In this document: positions 36,301-48,300 of the stretch, piece after piece
Numbering within the stretch: the stretch's first letter is position 1
How the letters are laid out: every line of letters starts with the position of its first letter
Assembly (NCBI GenBank): GCA_013239625.1
Contig: MU057202.1
Location: 2,927,101-2,991,100, forward strand
Reading direction: 5' to 3'
Source: Lama guanicoe
Lineage: Eukaryota
DNA: 64,000 bases
Notes under the pieces: generated by a model
What the model was told of the DNA's origin: nothing
The model's database searches: none
What the model saw: the letters and a program-made list of their open reading frames with translations, nothing else
Program-made: the position numbers and the translations under genes

Positions 36301-39300
36301 TCCACCTGGATGGAACCCCCTTCTGGCCCCGTAGCTGGAGACTCGGGTCTGATCTCTGAAGCGTCACGGCTGGTGACGCCCCGTTTCTCTCCTCTCGCGC
36401 ATTACTGTTTGTTTCTCTTCGGTTGTTAGCGTCTTCAGCTGCACGACAATGATTTAGTTTAATGATAGCTGTGTGTCTTCAGTGACTCTTTTCTTTGTTT
36501 ATAAACGTGTCAGTGTTTCTTCCAAGACGCTGTGGGTTTGAGCAGCTCTCAGGGCTGCCGCTGGCCTTGCGGGCGGTGAGCAGCCACCGTGAGGACATCT
36601 CCAGGGCTGAGGCTGGGCAGGCTCCGTGTCTCTGACGGGTCCTTTGGAAGGACTCTGTCCGGAGCCCTGTCAGCGGGCCGGCCCCAGGCGGCTTTGGAAG
36701 ATCCACCAGCAGTGGGCACGTGCCCAGAGGGGCCCTGCTAGTCCTTCTCTCGGTATGTAGGTGGCACCACGTGGCGCGTGGCTGCCTGCCCCAGGGTCTC
36801 CGCGCCCAGGACACAGCGTGGTGGGTGGGGAGGGGTGGGATTCATGGTGAGACTTTTTAGGAAGCTCTGGCAGGAGATGGCTCCATCGGCTCCCTGGCCT
36901 TAGAGGTAGGTGTCTGGGGAGGATGGGGAGTCCCGGGCACCATGCTGACGGGGGTTGCTCTCCTGGCACTTGGCTGGAGCTGCTTCTCGGGTGTTGGAAC
37001 CGAGGAGTTCTGAGAGAAACACAGAACACATTCTTCTCTTATCAGCATTTTTGGAGAATGTTGCTTTGTAACTGCCGGTTGATTCGCCGTTTCTGTTTGA
37101 ATGCACTGCGTGCTTGGCCAAAACTCAGTAGAGCACACGCGGTGGTCCGTCAAGGGGACTCCGGGGCCTCGTCCTCCTCTCTGTGCTCTCGGCTGTTCTG
37201 GTGGCAGGCTCCTCGGGAGCGTGTCGCTGAGCCAGGAGCCTGTCAGCCTGCAGGCGGCAGTCGCTTGCTGGGGTGTCCTCTCTTCTTCTGAACGATCAGC
37301 AGACAGAAAGGGCACCTCCCAGTCAACGCCTGAGGGAGATTCTGGGCCGAGGCTGGTCTGTTTAAGTCTGCGTTAGTTCTGCCAGTTTGAACCCAAACCG
37401 TAAAATCACTAGTTTCAAGGGACTTTAAAAAACTGACTTCATTAAAATGCTTCTGTTTCACACTCCTTGCTGGCCGCACCGTGTCAGCCTTTGTGTGTGC
37501 CGGCGTGTGAGGCAGCCGCGTTGGCTGCGTGAAGCGCCTTGGGCACGCTCCATACAGCCCCCCGGGGCCCAGGCGCACTCACGTGCCCAGCGCGAGCGCT
37601 CCGCGGTTGCAGGGGACACCTGCTGACCGCGTGCCGCTGTGCTGCGTCTCCCTGGACACGGAGCGGAGCTGTCCGGTGCGGGCAGGGCCCGAGGGGACAG
37701 CCTGTCCTGTGTCGCTGCTGGGGGCCACGGTCTGGGCCACCCTCGACGCGGCCTTGTCTGCGTCGCTGGCTGTAGCTCTTGAACGATTCTGATCACCAGC
37801 GAGGCAAGTGGCCGAGGCAGGCTTTGCACTGGGCTTTGATGTCGGTGTAAACTGTGAAACGTGAATTTATTTATTTATTTATTATTTTTAAATTTTTTTA
37901 ATTTTGTTTTTGAGGGGTAATTAGGTTTTTCTGGTTTTCAGCGGAGGTCCAGGGGATTGAACCCAAGGCTTCCTGCGTGCTGAGCACGCGCTCTGCCACT
38001 GAGCTGACCCTCCCCCCAGAGCGTGAGCTTGGGCTGGTCTTCACGTGAGGGGTCACAGGGAGTTACTGACTACGTGGTAAATTCAGTGACTTAAATTCGA
38101 GGTTTCTGACGTGTTGCAGGTGCTAACGCTTTAATGTTGTTGTGTTAGTTATTCAAAAGGTATTCAGTGGAATCTACCCCATGTCAGTTGGCCCCATTGA
38201 GCACACGAGAAGCCTTTTCTTCAATAATCACACAGTTTACGTCTTTCTTTTTCCTCCTTCCGTTTCTATCGTATCCGCTTTTCTCACAAAAGGTCATTCT
38301 GATGCAGTATGTTTCTATCTTTAGAAGTTTTTTTATTAAGCCATCATCTATTGCAACAAAAATACGAATATACATTGAAAATGAAAACATTTTTTTGAGT
38401 CCTTAATGTTGTGTTTAAGAAAATTCTTCTGACTGAGATAATGTTACAGTCAAAACGAATACACAACACATCAAAATAAGTGTATCTCGTTTTGTGAACT
38501 TGCTGGAAATGGGTCTGTGAGTGAGTGGGTGGGGCTCGCTTCCCTGGTTGAATGATCGGCGCGCGCACTGCCTTCCGCTGCCTGACGGGGTTTGGCCTCA
38601 ACTCCACCCTGTCTCCCGTTGGCTGTGACGTCCGAGGAGCCGCCCTGCACAGCAGTCAGGATGCGTGTTTGTGGCCGCCCCGTGGATGTGGCTGTGTAGG
38701 TTAGCGCTCTCAGCCGTCAGACAGCTGCTGCCAGCGATCCCTGCACAGCGCGAGTCTGGGGGCGAAGACGAGCCTTTCCTCTGCGTGGGAATCGGGGCTG
38801 GGGGAGAGGAAGCCAGACGTGGAAGAGGGCTGAGCCCCGGGTGCGTTTCCCCGCAGAGGCCATGATGAGCACGCCGCCACCCGCCAGCGAGATGCAGCAG
38901 CCCCCGCCACAGGCCCTGCACTACGCGCTGGCCAACGCCCAGCAGGTCCAGATCCACCAGATCGGAGAGGACGGGCAGGTCCAAGTAGTATGTACCCTCT
39001 GCCGGCGGGCGGGGAGGGCGGGCCGGGAGGTGGGCGCGGCGGGGCCCCGAAGGCTCCCACTGCCGTCTGGGCCGCTCCGGAAGCTTGGGATGGGGTCAGG
39101 TGCCATTTCAGAGTGGGAGGAGTTAGGGATCGCCTCGCACGTCTCAGGATGTCTCTGCCGGCCCCTTGGGGCTCCCCTGTGTGTGCTGTACCCGCAGCTG
39201 CTCTCAGGCCACTTGAGCCTCCCTGTGTCTGCCTGTCCTCCTGGGAGACATGGTGGGCGCATCAGAGGTGTTTCCTCGGTTCGGGAGCACAGGCCCCCTT

Positions 39301-42300
39301 TACCCAGCAGGGAAGTAATTTCGCCCCAGGGCCATTGGAGAGAGCCGGTGGCCGCTGTCACTGGAGCGTGCCCTGGCTGTGCGATGTGCCCTTGGCCCGA
39401 ACGGGCCCTCAGCAGATGGCGAGCCCTCCCAGTCTGTCTCCCCGGCCCTGTGCAGTGCTGGCCCTTCATGGGTGCGGTGGCCCGGGAGAGTGGGGCCCGA
39501 ACTGCTGGGGAGCCTCCTCGCCGGGGCCCTCCCTGCCGGCTGCCTCCTGGAAGCCTGGTTCCCACCCCAGGTGGCCTTGCTTTGATGCTGCGCTCAGCAC
39601 ACTGTCTGCAGAGGGAGGGCCTCCGGACAGTGCTGAGGGGCACTTCGAAGGGTTCTTCTTCCCGGGGACGTGGCGCAGTTGTAAACAGTGAGGTCTCTGT
39701 TTAACTGACAGTCACAGAGGCAGTCGCCTTTGCCTCCCCAGGGAGGAAGTTCTTTGAAAGAAGTCCAGGACAGGTGACTTGGACGCAGGGGCCACGTAGA
39801 CCTGGTAAAATGACGGCCGCAGAAAGTTGTCCAGTGGTTTGTTTTGAGGTCCGTTTCGATGAAGGTGGAACTTTAAGCAAGATGATGGGTATTCATTTCA
39901 CGGATCCAAGCCGACATTTACAGGAACCAATTGTGTGCCTGAGTCTGCAAAGACAAGTGCATTTGAGCTGGATTCCTTGAAGCCACGTTTGGTAATGTTT
40001 ACGGCAGCTGTTTGAATAGTCACATCCGTCTCTGATTTCAAAGCAGTTGGCTGCCGTGTTTTCTGTGTGGACGCACGCACCCCCCCGTCACGTGCTGCTG
40101 CGTGGCCTCACGCCCCGATCGTGCAGACTCCACCTGACAGCCCGGGGCGTTCTGGTCCCTTCAGGTTGATAATACCATTTTTAAAAAGTTGTCATTTTGG
40201 TTTCTGGAAGATTCTGATTTCCTTTCTTTTCGATATGTCCACCTCATTCTTAAATTTGCTGCTTTAATAATGTTCACAGATTCAGCAGATTTCTCCTAGG
40301 CCCCCCTTCCCCTTTAAGAACCAGGCAGTGCTCCCCTTCATACACTTGAAGTTTGATTTCCAGCGGCGGGTTAGTACGCCCACACTGCACCCCTGCAATG
40401 TCGCGCCCCGGACTCAGCTGTCTTTTCTTGGGCTGTGAGTGGAGAGCCAGGAGCCACACTTCCGAGGGTGTTTCTTGTTTGTTCTGGTCTCGATTTTCCT
40501 CTGATGCTTCTTGGTGTCTTCTCTTCTGTGGATCCCACAGGGCCACCTGCACATCGCCCAGGTGCCTCAGGGGGAGCAGGTGCAGATCACGCAGGACAGC
40601 GAGGTGAGTCTGGGCCCCCGGCTCCTGCACCTGCACCTGGTCTCACGAGGTGGACACCACCTGACTCGCTGCCGGGCGCAGGCTCCAGGCCGCATCTGCC
40701 CTCCGCAGCTGCCTCCCTTGCTGCCCTGAGGCCCCGACCCTGGCTGTGGGGAGTCCTGCTCCCCTGAACTGCCCTGTGATCACCCCGCCCCCCTGCTCCC
40801 TGACTGAGATGCGGGCCTGTGCCCCCAGCACGTTCCCGCCCCTGGGGTGGGAGGAGCACCGGGCGGCCCGGCCCGGGAACTGCGGCCTCACCCCCCAGCC
40901 TCGCTTCTCGGCACCAGCTGGGACCAGTGCCCGTCGTGTGGGAGGCTGGGGCTCTGCGGAACTGGCACGTGCAGGTCCTGGGAGCTTCTGGGGCAGCTCT
41001 GTGGCTCTGTCCCGGCCGCCTGCAGTCCTCACTGACATTACTGCCCGTGGGGACGCACACAGGGTCCTCCCCGGCCCATGCACTGCCAGGTGTGCGAATC
41101 CTCCCGGCCGTGCCGTGTGGGGAGCGGTGTGGGCGGGCCTCGTGCCTGCCCGCCTGGGGCTGTGGTTCATGGGTCTCAGGTGTCCCCAGGTGGGCAGCTC
41201 AGGGGCAGGTAAGGAGTCGGTGGAGAGCCCTCTGGGGAAGCGCTGGACCCCTTACAAGGCCAGGCAGTGGGAGGCCACTGGAGGGGCACACGTCCAACCA
41301 GAGCGCTTAACTCGCTGGGGGCCACTTGAAAGGAGGAAAATTGATATGGCAGGAAAAGAAGTCAGTATGCACCCACTTTTATACTGCTGCTGCTAAAAAA
41401 TCTTGAGTACTTCTTGAATTTCAAGTTTTTAGTATCAGCTTCGCTTTCCTTTTCAGTTTTCATAGTTGAGTCCCTCCTCTGTGTAAGCCAGTGTCCTTGC
41501 TTCCTGCAGGAACTGAGTGCAGTGAATTAGAAGAAATTGCTGATAGTACAGTGATCACTTTGGAAAGACAGTTACTATACACAGTTGGCCTTCTTACCAC
41601 AGGAAGACCTTACCTTGTTCGTTTAAAAACTAGGTAATTATTGTGTCAAAATGAGGATATCTATAAAGAGACAGTTAGCAGAGCCTACCAGACTTAAAAC
41701 AACAGTTATTCTTTTTTAAACAAATAAAAATGAGTTTCCAGCTGGTGGGATCCCAGTAGGCCCGTGGCCTGGCTGACTGCAGTGTGCTGACACCGGGGTT
41801 TGGCGCCCTGTTGTGTGCCAGGTGTCCCCGCCAGGGAAGCTGGCCAGTGGGGCTCCGGGCCTCTCTGGGCTGCTTTTGATTCTTTTTGTGAGTCTAACAT
41901 TGTTTTAAAAGGAAAAAAGTGAAGTTTTCATTTGAGGTCAAGGTGGAGGGATGGGTACAGTGTTTTTTCTTTTTAAAATTGACTTGTTTTGTGTGCTTTT
42001 ACAAGAAGAGCAGTGCCCGTGAACTCGGCTGCAGTGTTTAGTTCTGGGATCTTGATCACTAGAGGAGCCTCAGTCTTTGCAAAATGGACATCAGTGGTTC
42101 CACTGGTTTTCACAGCTGGTGTGGGAACATTCATTTTGTCTTGAAGTCATAGTCCTTGATCACTCCTTTTCTCTTCCACCTCGTAGGGCAACCTGCAGAT
42201 CCACCACGTGGGACAGGATGGGCAGGTAGGTGCTCACCAGGGCCCCGAGGCCTGGCGTCACCGTGGGGAGGGAGCGGGACTGGGAGGTGGTGCAGCGTCC

Positions 42301-45300
42301 GCCCCGGGAAGCACCGCTTTTCTCCCGGGGCCTCAGGGGCCCTGGAGGACCGGGCGCCGACGGCGGGGCTCCGGGCTGCTGTGCAGCCGCCGTGTGCTAG
42401 GGTGAGGTAGGTCTTGTTCGCATACGTCGTCGCTGTCACACTGCAACCACTGCCCTCTCTTCTGGTCTGATCAAAAAGAGTAATGGAAACCCTTGCGGAG
42501 CTCGCCTGTGGGGATCGTCTGCAAAGTGACGCCCTGACCGAGGCATTCTCGGGAGTGATCTGCTTTCTCAGATGGAGTGAAACTGCTGATGACCTCGAGG
42601 ATTTATGTTTTCGTGTCCTCTTGAAGGGTTTCTGTTAAAGAGATGTTTGTAACCTCTGAGTAATTAGGGAAGAGATGCTGGAGGGTCTTCCTTTTTGGTA
42701 AAGCTAACTTATGAACCATAAACATGGTGCTCACTTACTCTCAGGACACTAGCACTCCTCGCTCGCAGAACTGGTGTGCGCCCCGCGTCCTCGACGAGGG
42801 CCTGTCTGCCTCGAGCGGGCTGTGTCCCTGGGCGCGGAGCTGAAGCACGGCCGCGCCCCGTATCTCCTCCTGAGCCCTCGGAGCGCCTTGGGGCCAGCGC
42901 GACCTTCGCTTAAGTTGGAGTTCCTTAGTTTGAAAGTTTCGTCTGCGTACACATGAGGTCTTAATCAGAGTCCTGAAGCAGGATTAATACCTAAGTAGAA
43001 CGTAGCTGCCTCGGAAAGGAGCCAGCCAGCCAAAGAAATGCATCGTGTAGAAAGACGCACCCTGCTTTCTCTCGCTGGGCCACCTCAGTGGGAAGGTGTT
43101 GCTGGAGGCCGTCTCTCTTGCAGGTTTTCTGTCGCCGGGCAGGAGGGCAGGGCCGTGTCTGCCGTTCATCTCTGTTTCTGACGGTTTGCTGGTTTGTGTT
43201 TCTGCTGGGAGTGAGGTGTTACCCTCAGTGTCAGATGTCGCTGGACTTTTGATTCAGGAGGAAAGGACGTGTGTTACTTTGATTTTCCCTTTGTTTCTGT
43301 TGCTGGAGAAAAATTCCACTTGGGATTTTTGAAATATAATCGGGTCTGTATATTACATTAGTTTTGTGTTCTGTGTCTGATCACAGGCACCTCATCCCAG
43401 AGAAGCCGGCCCTCGTGGGCTGGTGAGGCAGGAGCGCGAGCTCCAGCCCCCAGTGCCAGCTCAGCAGGGACCCCGGAAGCCCCCAGACCAGAGCCAGCTC
43501 CGGGCTCCCCGCCCCTCCCCCCCACGACAGCCCCCGGGCCTGTTCCCCCTAACCCGCGCCTGCCCTGGCCTCACCCCCCGCGCTCCCGCCCCTTTCTCAG
43601 CGGCCTCAGCGCAGAATATGTGCGTCTCCCCTCTGGGCGCCTTCTGTCCCGCGAGTGGGAACTCACTGACCACTGGCTGATTTTGGCTGTAGGATCTCAC
43701 GCTGCCCCCCTGCCACCGCCGGGTCCCCGCTGCCGGCCCCTGGGGGCTCCTGTCAGAGACGGGGCTCAGGTGAAGGCGGGACTCGCAGGGAGGTTCCATC
43801 CCTAGAGGAAACTCTGCTTTCAGATTGAAAGCAGCAGTATGTCTTCCGAGGAAACTGCTTTCTCCTGGTAAATCTGTTTAGGTCATCTTTTCTTATTTCC
43901 CATTTGTGGAAGTTCTTCTCTCTCCTTTTGCCTGTGCTAGTTCCTGTTAAGTAAGCCTGCTCATAACAGCTTCATTTTCTAAGTTGACCCAATGTTTGCA
44001 AGACAGAATGATGTTGCACCAGACACAGGACCCCCAGTGGCCTCGATGTCCCTGCGGAGCAGACGGAGAGCATCGCGGGGCTGGAACGGGAGCCTCCCAC
44101 CCCTGTCTCTCTTGGGCCTATGAGAGGATGTGCCCAAAGGCTCCCACCCCTCTGGCCAGACGTGACCTCGGTCTTCCTGGCAGGCAGGTTGCAGTGCAGG
44201 TGGGGGGAGAGGTGCCCACGGCCTCCTCGACTCTGGGGCAGAGGGGCCCCTGAGTTAGCGAGGCCTGCGGAGAAGCTGGGGTGTCACTGCCCTCTGAATT
44301 CAGCCCCCCACCCGCTATCTCATCAGCTTCGTGTTGATTCCCGGTGTGCAGGGTTCAGCGTTACTAAGGATGGTCACACGGCTATGCCACTGTCTCCTGG
44401 CCCAGTGTCTCTGTGAGCAAACGGGCTGGTGTGGGGTGGGGTGCCTCCACAGGTAGTTCAGGGGCTTGTGGAGTCTGAATGGAGAACGGGCCTTCAGGAG
44501 GAAATCTGGTCAGCAGCAGGGAAACCTGGGACTCCCAGCAGAGGTGGCCCGTCCCAATCGGGAATCGCAGAATGAGAGCAGGACGTTCAGACGGGGGTGT
44601 GTAAGCGTGCCAGGTGTGTAAGGTGCGTTCTTGTCCGAGTGGTGTTCAGTGTGGTGCAGGCTTTAATTTGGCATGCGTTCCCAGAAGTGTCTGAAGAATG
44701 AAGACAGAAGGCCCTCCAATATTGAGAGCCATGGGATCGCATTCTGCAGGGATGGAGGAGCTGACTTGGGGTGCGTTTCAAGTGAGAAGTGATGGCCTTT
44801 CCTGTGAGGCCACGGGGACTCTCCCATGGGTGATGTGGCTCTCAGGCGGGAGGCCCCTGGGGTGTGGCCGCCCTGCCCACTGCCTGGGCCTCTGCTCTGG
44901 GCATCACCCTGCTCCTTGCCGTAGGGCTGTGGACCGGGGTCACCTGGCCCTGAGCTGCCCCACGTGCGATCAGTGTGCGGGGCAGATGCCACCCGGCCGG
45001 CGGGCATGAGGCTACTATGTGTGTGGCTGGATGGCGGCCGTGTCCGCGGGGAGAAGACCAGGTCCCTCCCCACTCGGGGACGTGGGCCACAGCCACGCAC
45101 GGAGCCGGCAGGGACTCAGCGTCCCTTTCTGGAGCCAGGCGTGCGCTCACTCCCACGTCCTGGCCCCTCCTGTGGTGTTTCCTTTGAGGACATGAGATGC
45201 GTTCAGGGACCAGGTGAGGTTATTCCTGTCTCCACACGGGGACAGTGGGCGCCAGCTCTTCTGGGCTCGTGTGGGGATGTCAAGTCCACATGGACGCAGA

Positions 45301-48300
45301 CCCCGACTCTTACTGACTCCTGAAGCCCTAGGACCGCGTCCTTACTGCTGATGTCACCCACAGGGCTGCGCAGCCACTGTCACCTCCACTCTCTTCACCG
45401 CCACTGCCGCCATCACCACCGAGGGATCAGGTTTTGGTCTTCGGGAGCCAAGCTCCACCCCGTGCTCTGCCGTTCTCTGTGGAGACTGCGGTGGCGTGCC
45501 CCTCTGCCCAGCTCTCAGGAGGCTTTGCCGGGGGGAAGGTAGCCAGCTGGGAGGTGGGTGAGGAGAGCAGGGCCGGGTCTGTGGGCTGGCGTGGAGCCGG
45601 GGGTGCCCAGGCCCTGCCGAGCGGGCGTGGTGAGGGGTCAGGCTCGCCGGGCACCTCTCTGTCACAAGGCAGTGTCATATCTGTTGGGACTTTCAAACCT
45701 GGGTCAGCTTTTTCTTCTGTATTTGGGAGGTTTGCAGCCACGTGGGAAACCTTTAAAGACTGGAGCTTTGGTTGTGCTATTTGTTCTGTAGGTCTGGAAA
45801 CTGCTTAGTACTGTTTCAACTAGACGAGCATTCTGGTAGATTTTTATTTTTATTTCTTTACAGCTGTAGCTAATGTTATCTAAGATGTGTCTGGCAAATG
45901 GCAGGACACTCGGAACCCTGGGAGGTGTGTGTTATGGTAAAGCTCGTCTCTGTGATGACGAGTGTACCGGGTGCGCACACTCGCGCATGCTTACACGCAC
46001 ACACACGCTTCACGGGTATTCAACAGAGGCAGCCTGGCGAGGCGTCCAGGTCACTGTCCTCTTGCACTTGAGATAACTTCCCTGAGGCTGTCGGCATGTG
46101 ACTGAGCAGCTGTGGCACTCCTGAGACTTCTGAACCTCTCTCCACTTCTTTGGCAGTTGTGTCTTTCCTTCAACTTTGCTTAAAAGTAAATTTCAGTAGC
46201 TTACAGAATTTTTTCCATAAAATGAGGCTTATAAACCCAGCTGGAAAAAAGATTAGAAGAGGTGGGGAGTACCCAACATTTTATGTGCAGGACTGTTTTG
46301 GAGAGGATGAGAAGAAGAGTGTGCGTGGTATGTGTACGTGATGTGTGCGTGGTGTGTGTACGTGTGGTGTGTGTGCGCGTGCGTGTGTGTGGTGTCCATG
46401 GTGTGCACGTGTGGGTGGTGTGTAGGGCGCCTTTATCGGTAGCAGTGGAGCGGTCTCTGCTGCTCCCAGGGGCCCCAGTCCACTTTGGATGGTGTGTCCA
46501 CACCCAGAGAGCAATCTCAGCCTTGTGTCACTAAAATTCTCATAAAAATGTTCCCTTCAAGAAAATATGTTCCCACGTCACACGCCGGAACACAGACGTC
46601 TTGGAGAACCTAGGTAGCTCAGGGGGTTAATCCCTTGTGGGAAAGCCTTCTCTACCAGAAATGGTGGAAAATATTTAAGCCATGAAAGCTCAGCTGTGGG
46701 GTAAGTTTGGTATTGGCTAGTTCCACACAATAGCCTAGGAAAGTCACACAAGCCACCGTGGGTCCCCTGCTACCTGGCGGAGGCGGCTGAGCTTGGGGCC
46801 CGGCGTCCCTGCCGCTGACTCTGGGCCCCGCAGGGCCGGCCTTGGGCCCGTGGGCGCGAGGAAGGCAGATGCAGGTGTGGTGGGTGAGAACCAGCTGGCG
46901 ACCCTGGCGTGCTCCTCCAGGCCTGTCCTTTGTCCCTGGAGCTGGGACGGACGAGACTGTTTCCGGTGGGGCAAGGCCAGGAGAAGGTTGGGCAGAGGTT
47001 CGGGCCGGGGAAGATGGGGTTTTCAGAAGCTGGGCGATGTGGCGGCCCCTGCGGGCACGTTTCCAGGGTTTTAAGTTGCTGGAATGACGAGGGCTTTGAA
47101 GGCTCGTATTAGCTGAGGCTGAAGCACTCTTACAATCAAACCCAAAGACTCTTCCCCGTGTTGGGATGCGTTCCGTGGCCCTGAGCCCCTTGACTCCAGA
47201 CAGTCAAGGAGGAGTGACAGAGAATCATTTTTAAAATTCCAGAATCGTTTTTAATCAATTTCATCATTTTCAAATACATGTTTACAAGGTTAAATTAAAA
47301 AGCTTTAATACTATTAGATCTAAATTTGGCTGCTTTCTGGCCTCGCGGCACCTGGTGGAGTACCAGCGCGCGGTGCTCAGCGCCTGCTTGTCGACGAGGG
47401 GATGCGATGGTGAGTGCCCCAAGTTAGCACTTAGTCAGTTGTCAGCACACGGGTTAATTGGGGGCATTCTGAAACAGTCTTTTACCTCTAAGCCTTTTAA
47501 AATGTAGCATATGATCGCTGGTAACTTTAATCGTGAGTAATAACCTGGAAGTGTAGGCGACTTGCATGAAGCTCACAGCCCGAGAAGCTGAAAGGGTGAC
47601 ACTTCTGGCTAATCACAGGTTTCCTTTTGGTGAGGTCCAAGCCGTAGAACTTATTCTGCATGAGGAAGGTTTAGTGGTTTCTCTGGGTTTTCCCAAAGCT
47701 TTTCCTCACTGTCTGTTTTCTGAGATGGGCCTGTGTGCAGAGGGGCAGCTGCCCCGCGAGCGGTCGGGGCGGGGACCCCGTCTGGTGCTCGGACAGTGTC
47801 CCTGGCGTTGGGGCGACAGCGCACAGCAACTCAGGGCTCTTTACACCCAAGAATCCAGGAGCCGTCTGAGCAGCTGCTGTCTGCTGAAAGGAGAGCCCCC
47901 ACTCCTGCTCCAGGAACTTGCTTTCCGAGTTTCTGACTGCGGAGGAGGGTGGGTGGTAGGTGAGCCCTCCGATGGGGCTGCCCCTTGAAGGCTGGCCGTG
48001 TTTCCAGTGGTTCGCTTGTCTGTAGTCACAGAGCGGAGCTGGAAGAGACCCACGGGGACGAGGCAGTTCCCTCCTGTCCTGCCCAGGCCCCAGTTTTCCC
48101 AGCAAACTGTGGGAGCCCAGAAGGCTGTGGTCGGACTGCACTCCGGGGGCTCGTTCCAGAGGGGAGGTGTCTGAGTTCAGACGGGAGTCCGGGCCGGGAG
48201 GGAGTCCGGGCCGGGAGGGGGCCGTAGTTTGCACTGAGCTGGCCCCTGGGCTGCAGGGCTGCAGGGCCAGGGCTTCCAGGAGGACGTAGTTGGCAGCACT

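Noticed and set aside
38988-39704. Long open read-through of exon 8 into the intron (287-aa ORF); similar read-throughs follow exons 4 and 6
   Set aside because: The intronic parts translate to compositionally biased sequence unlike BANP; best explained by GC content.
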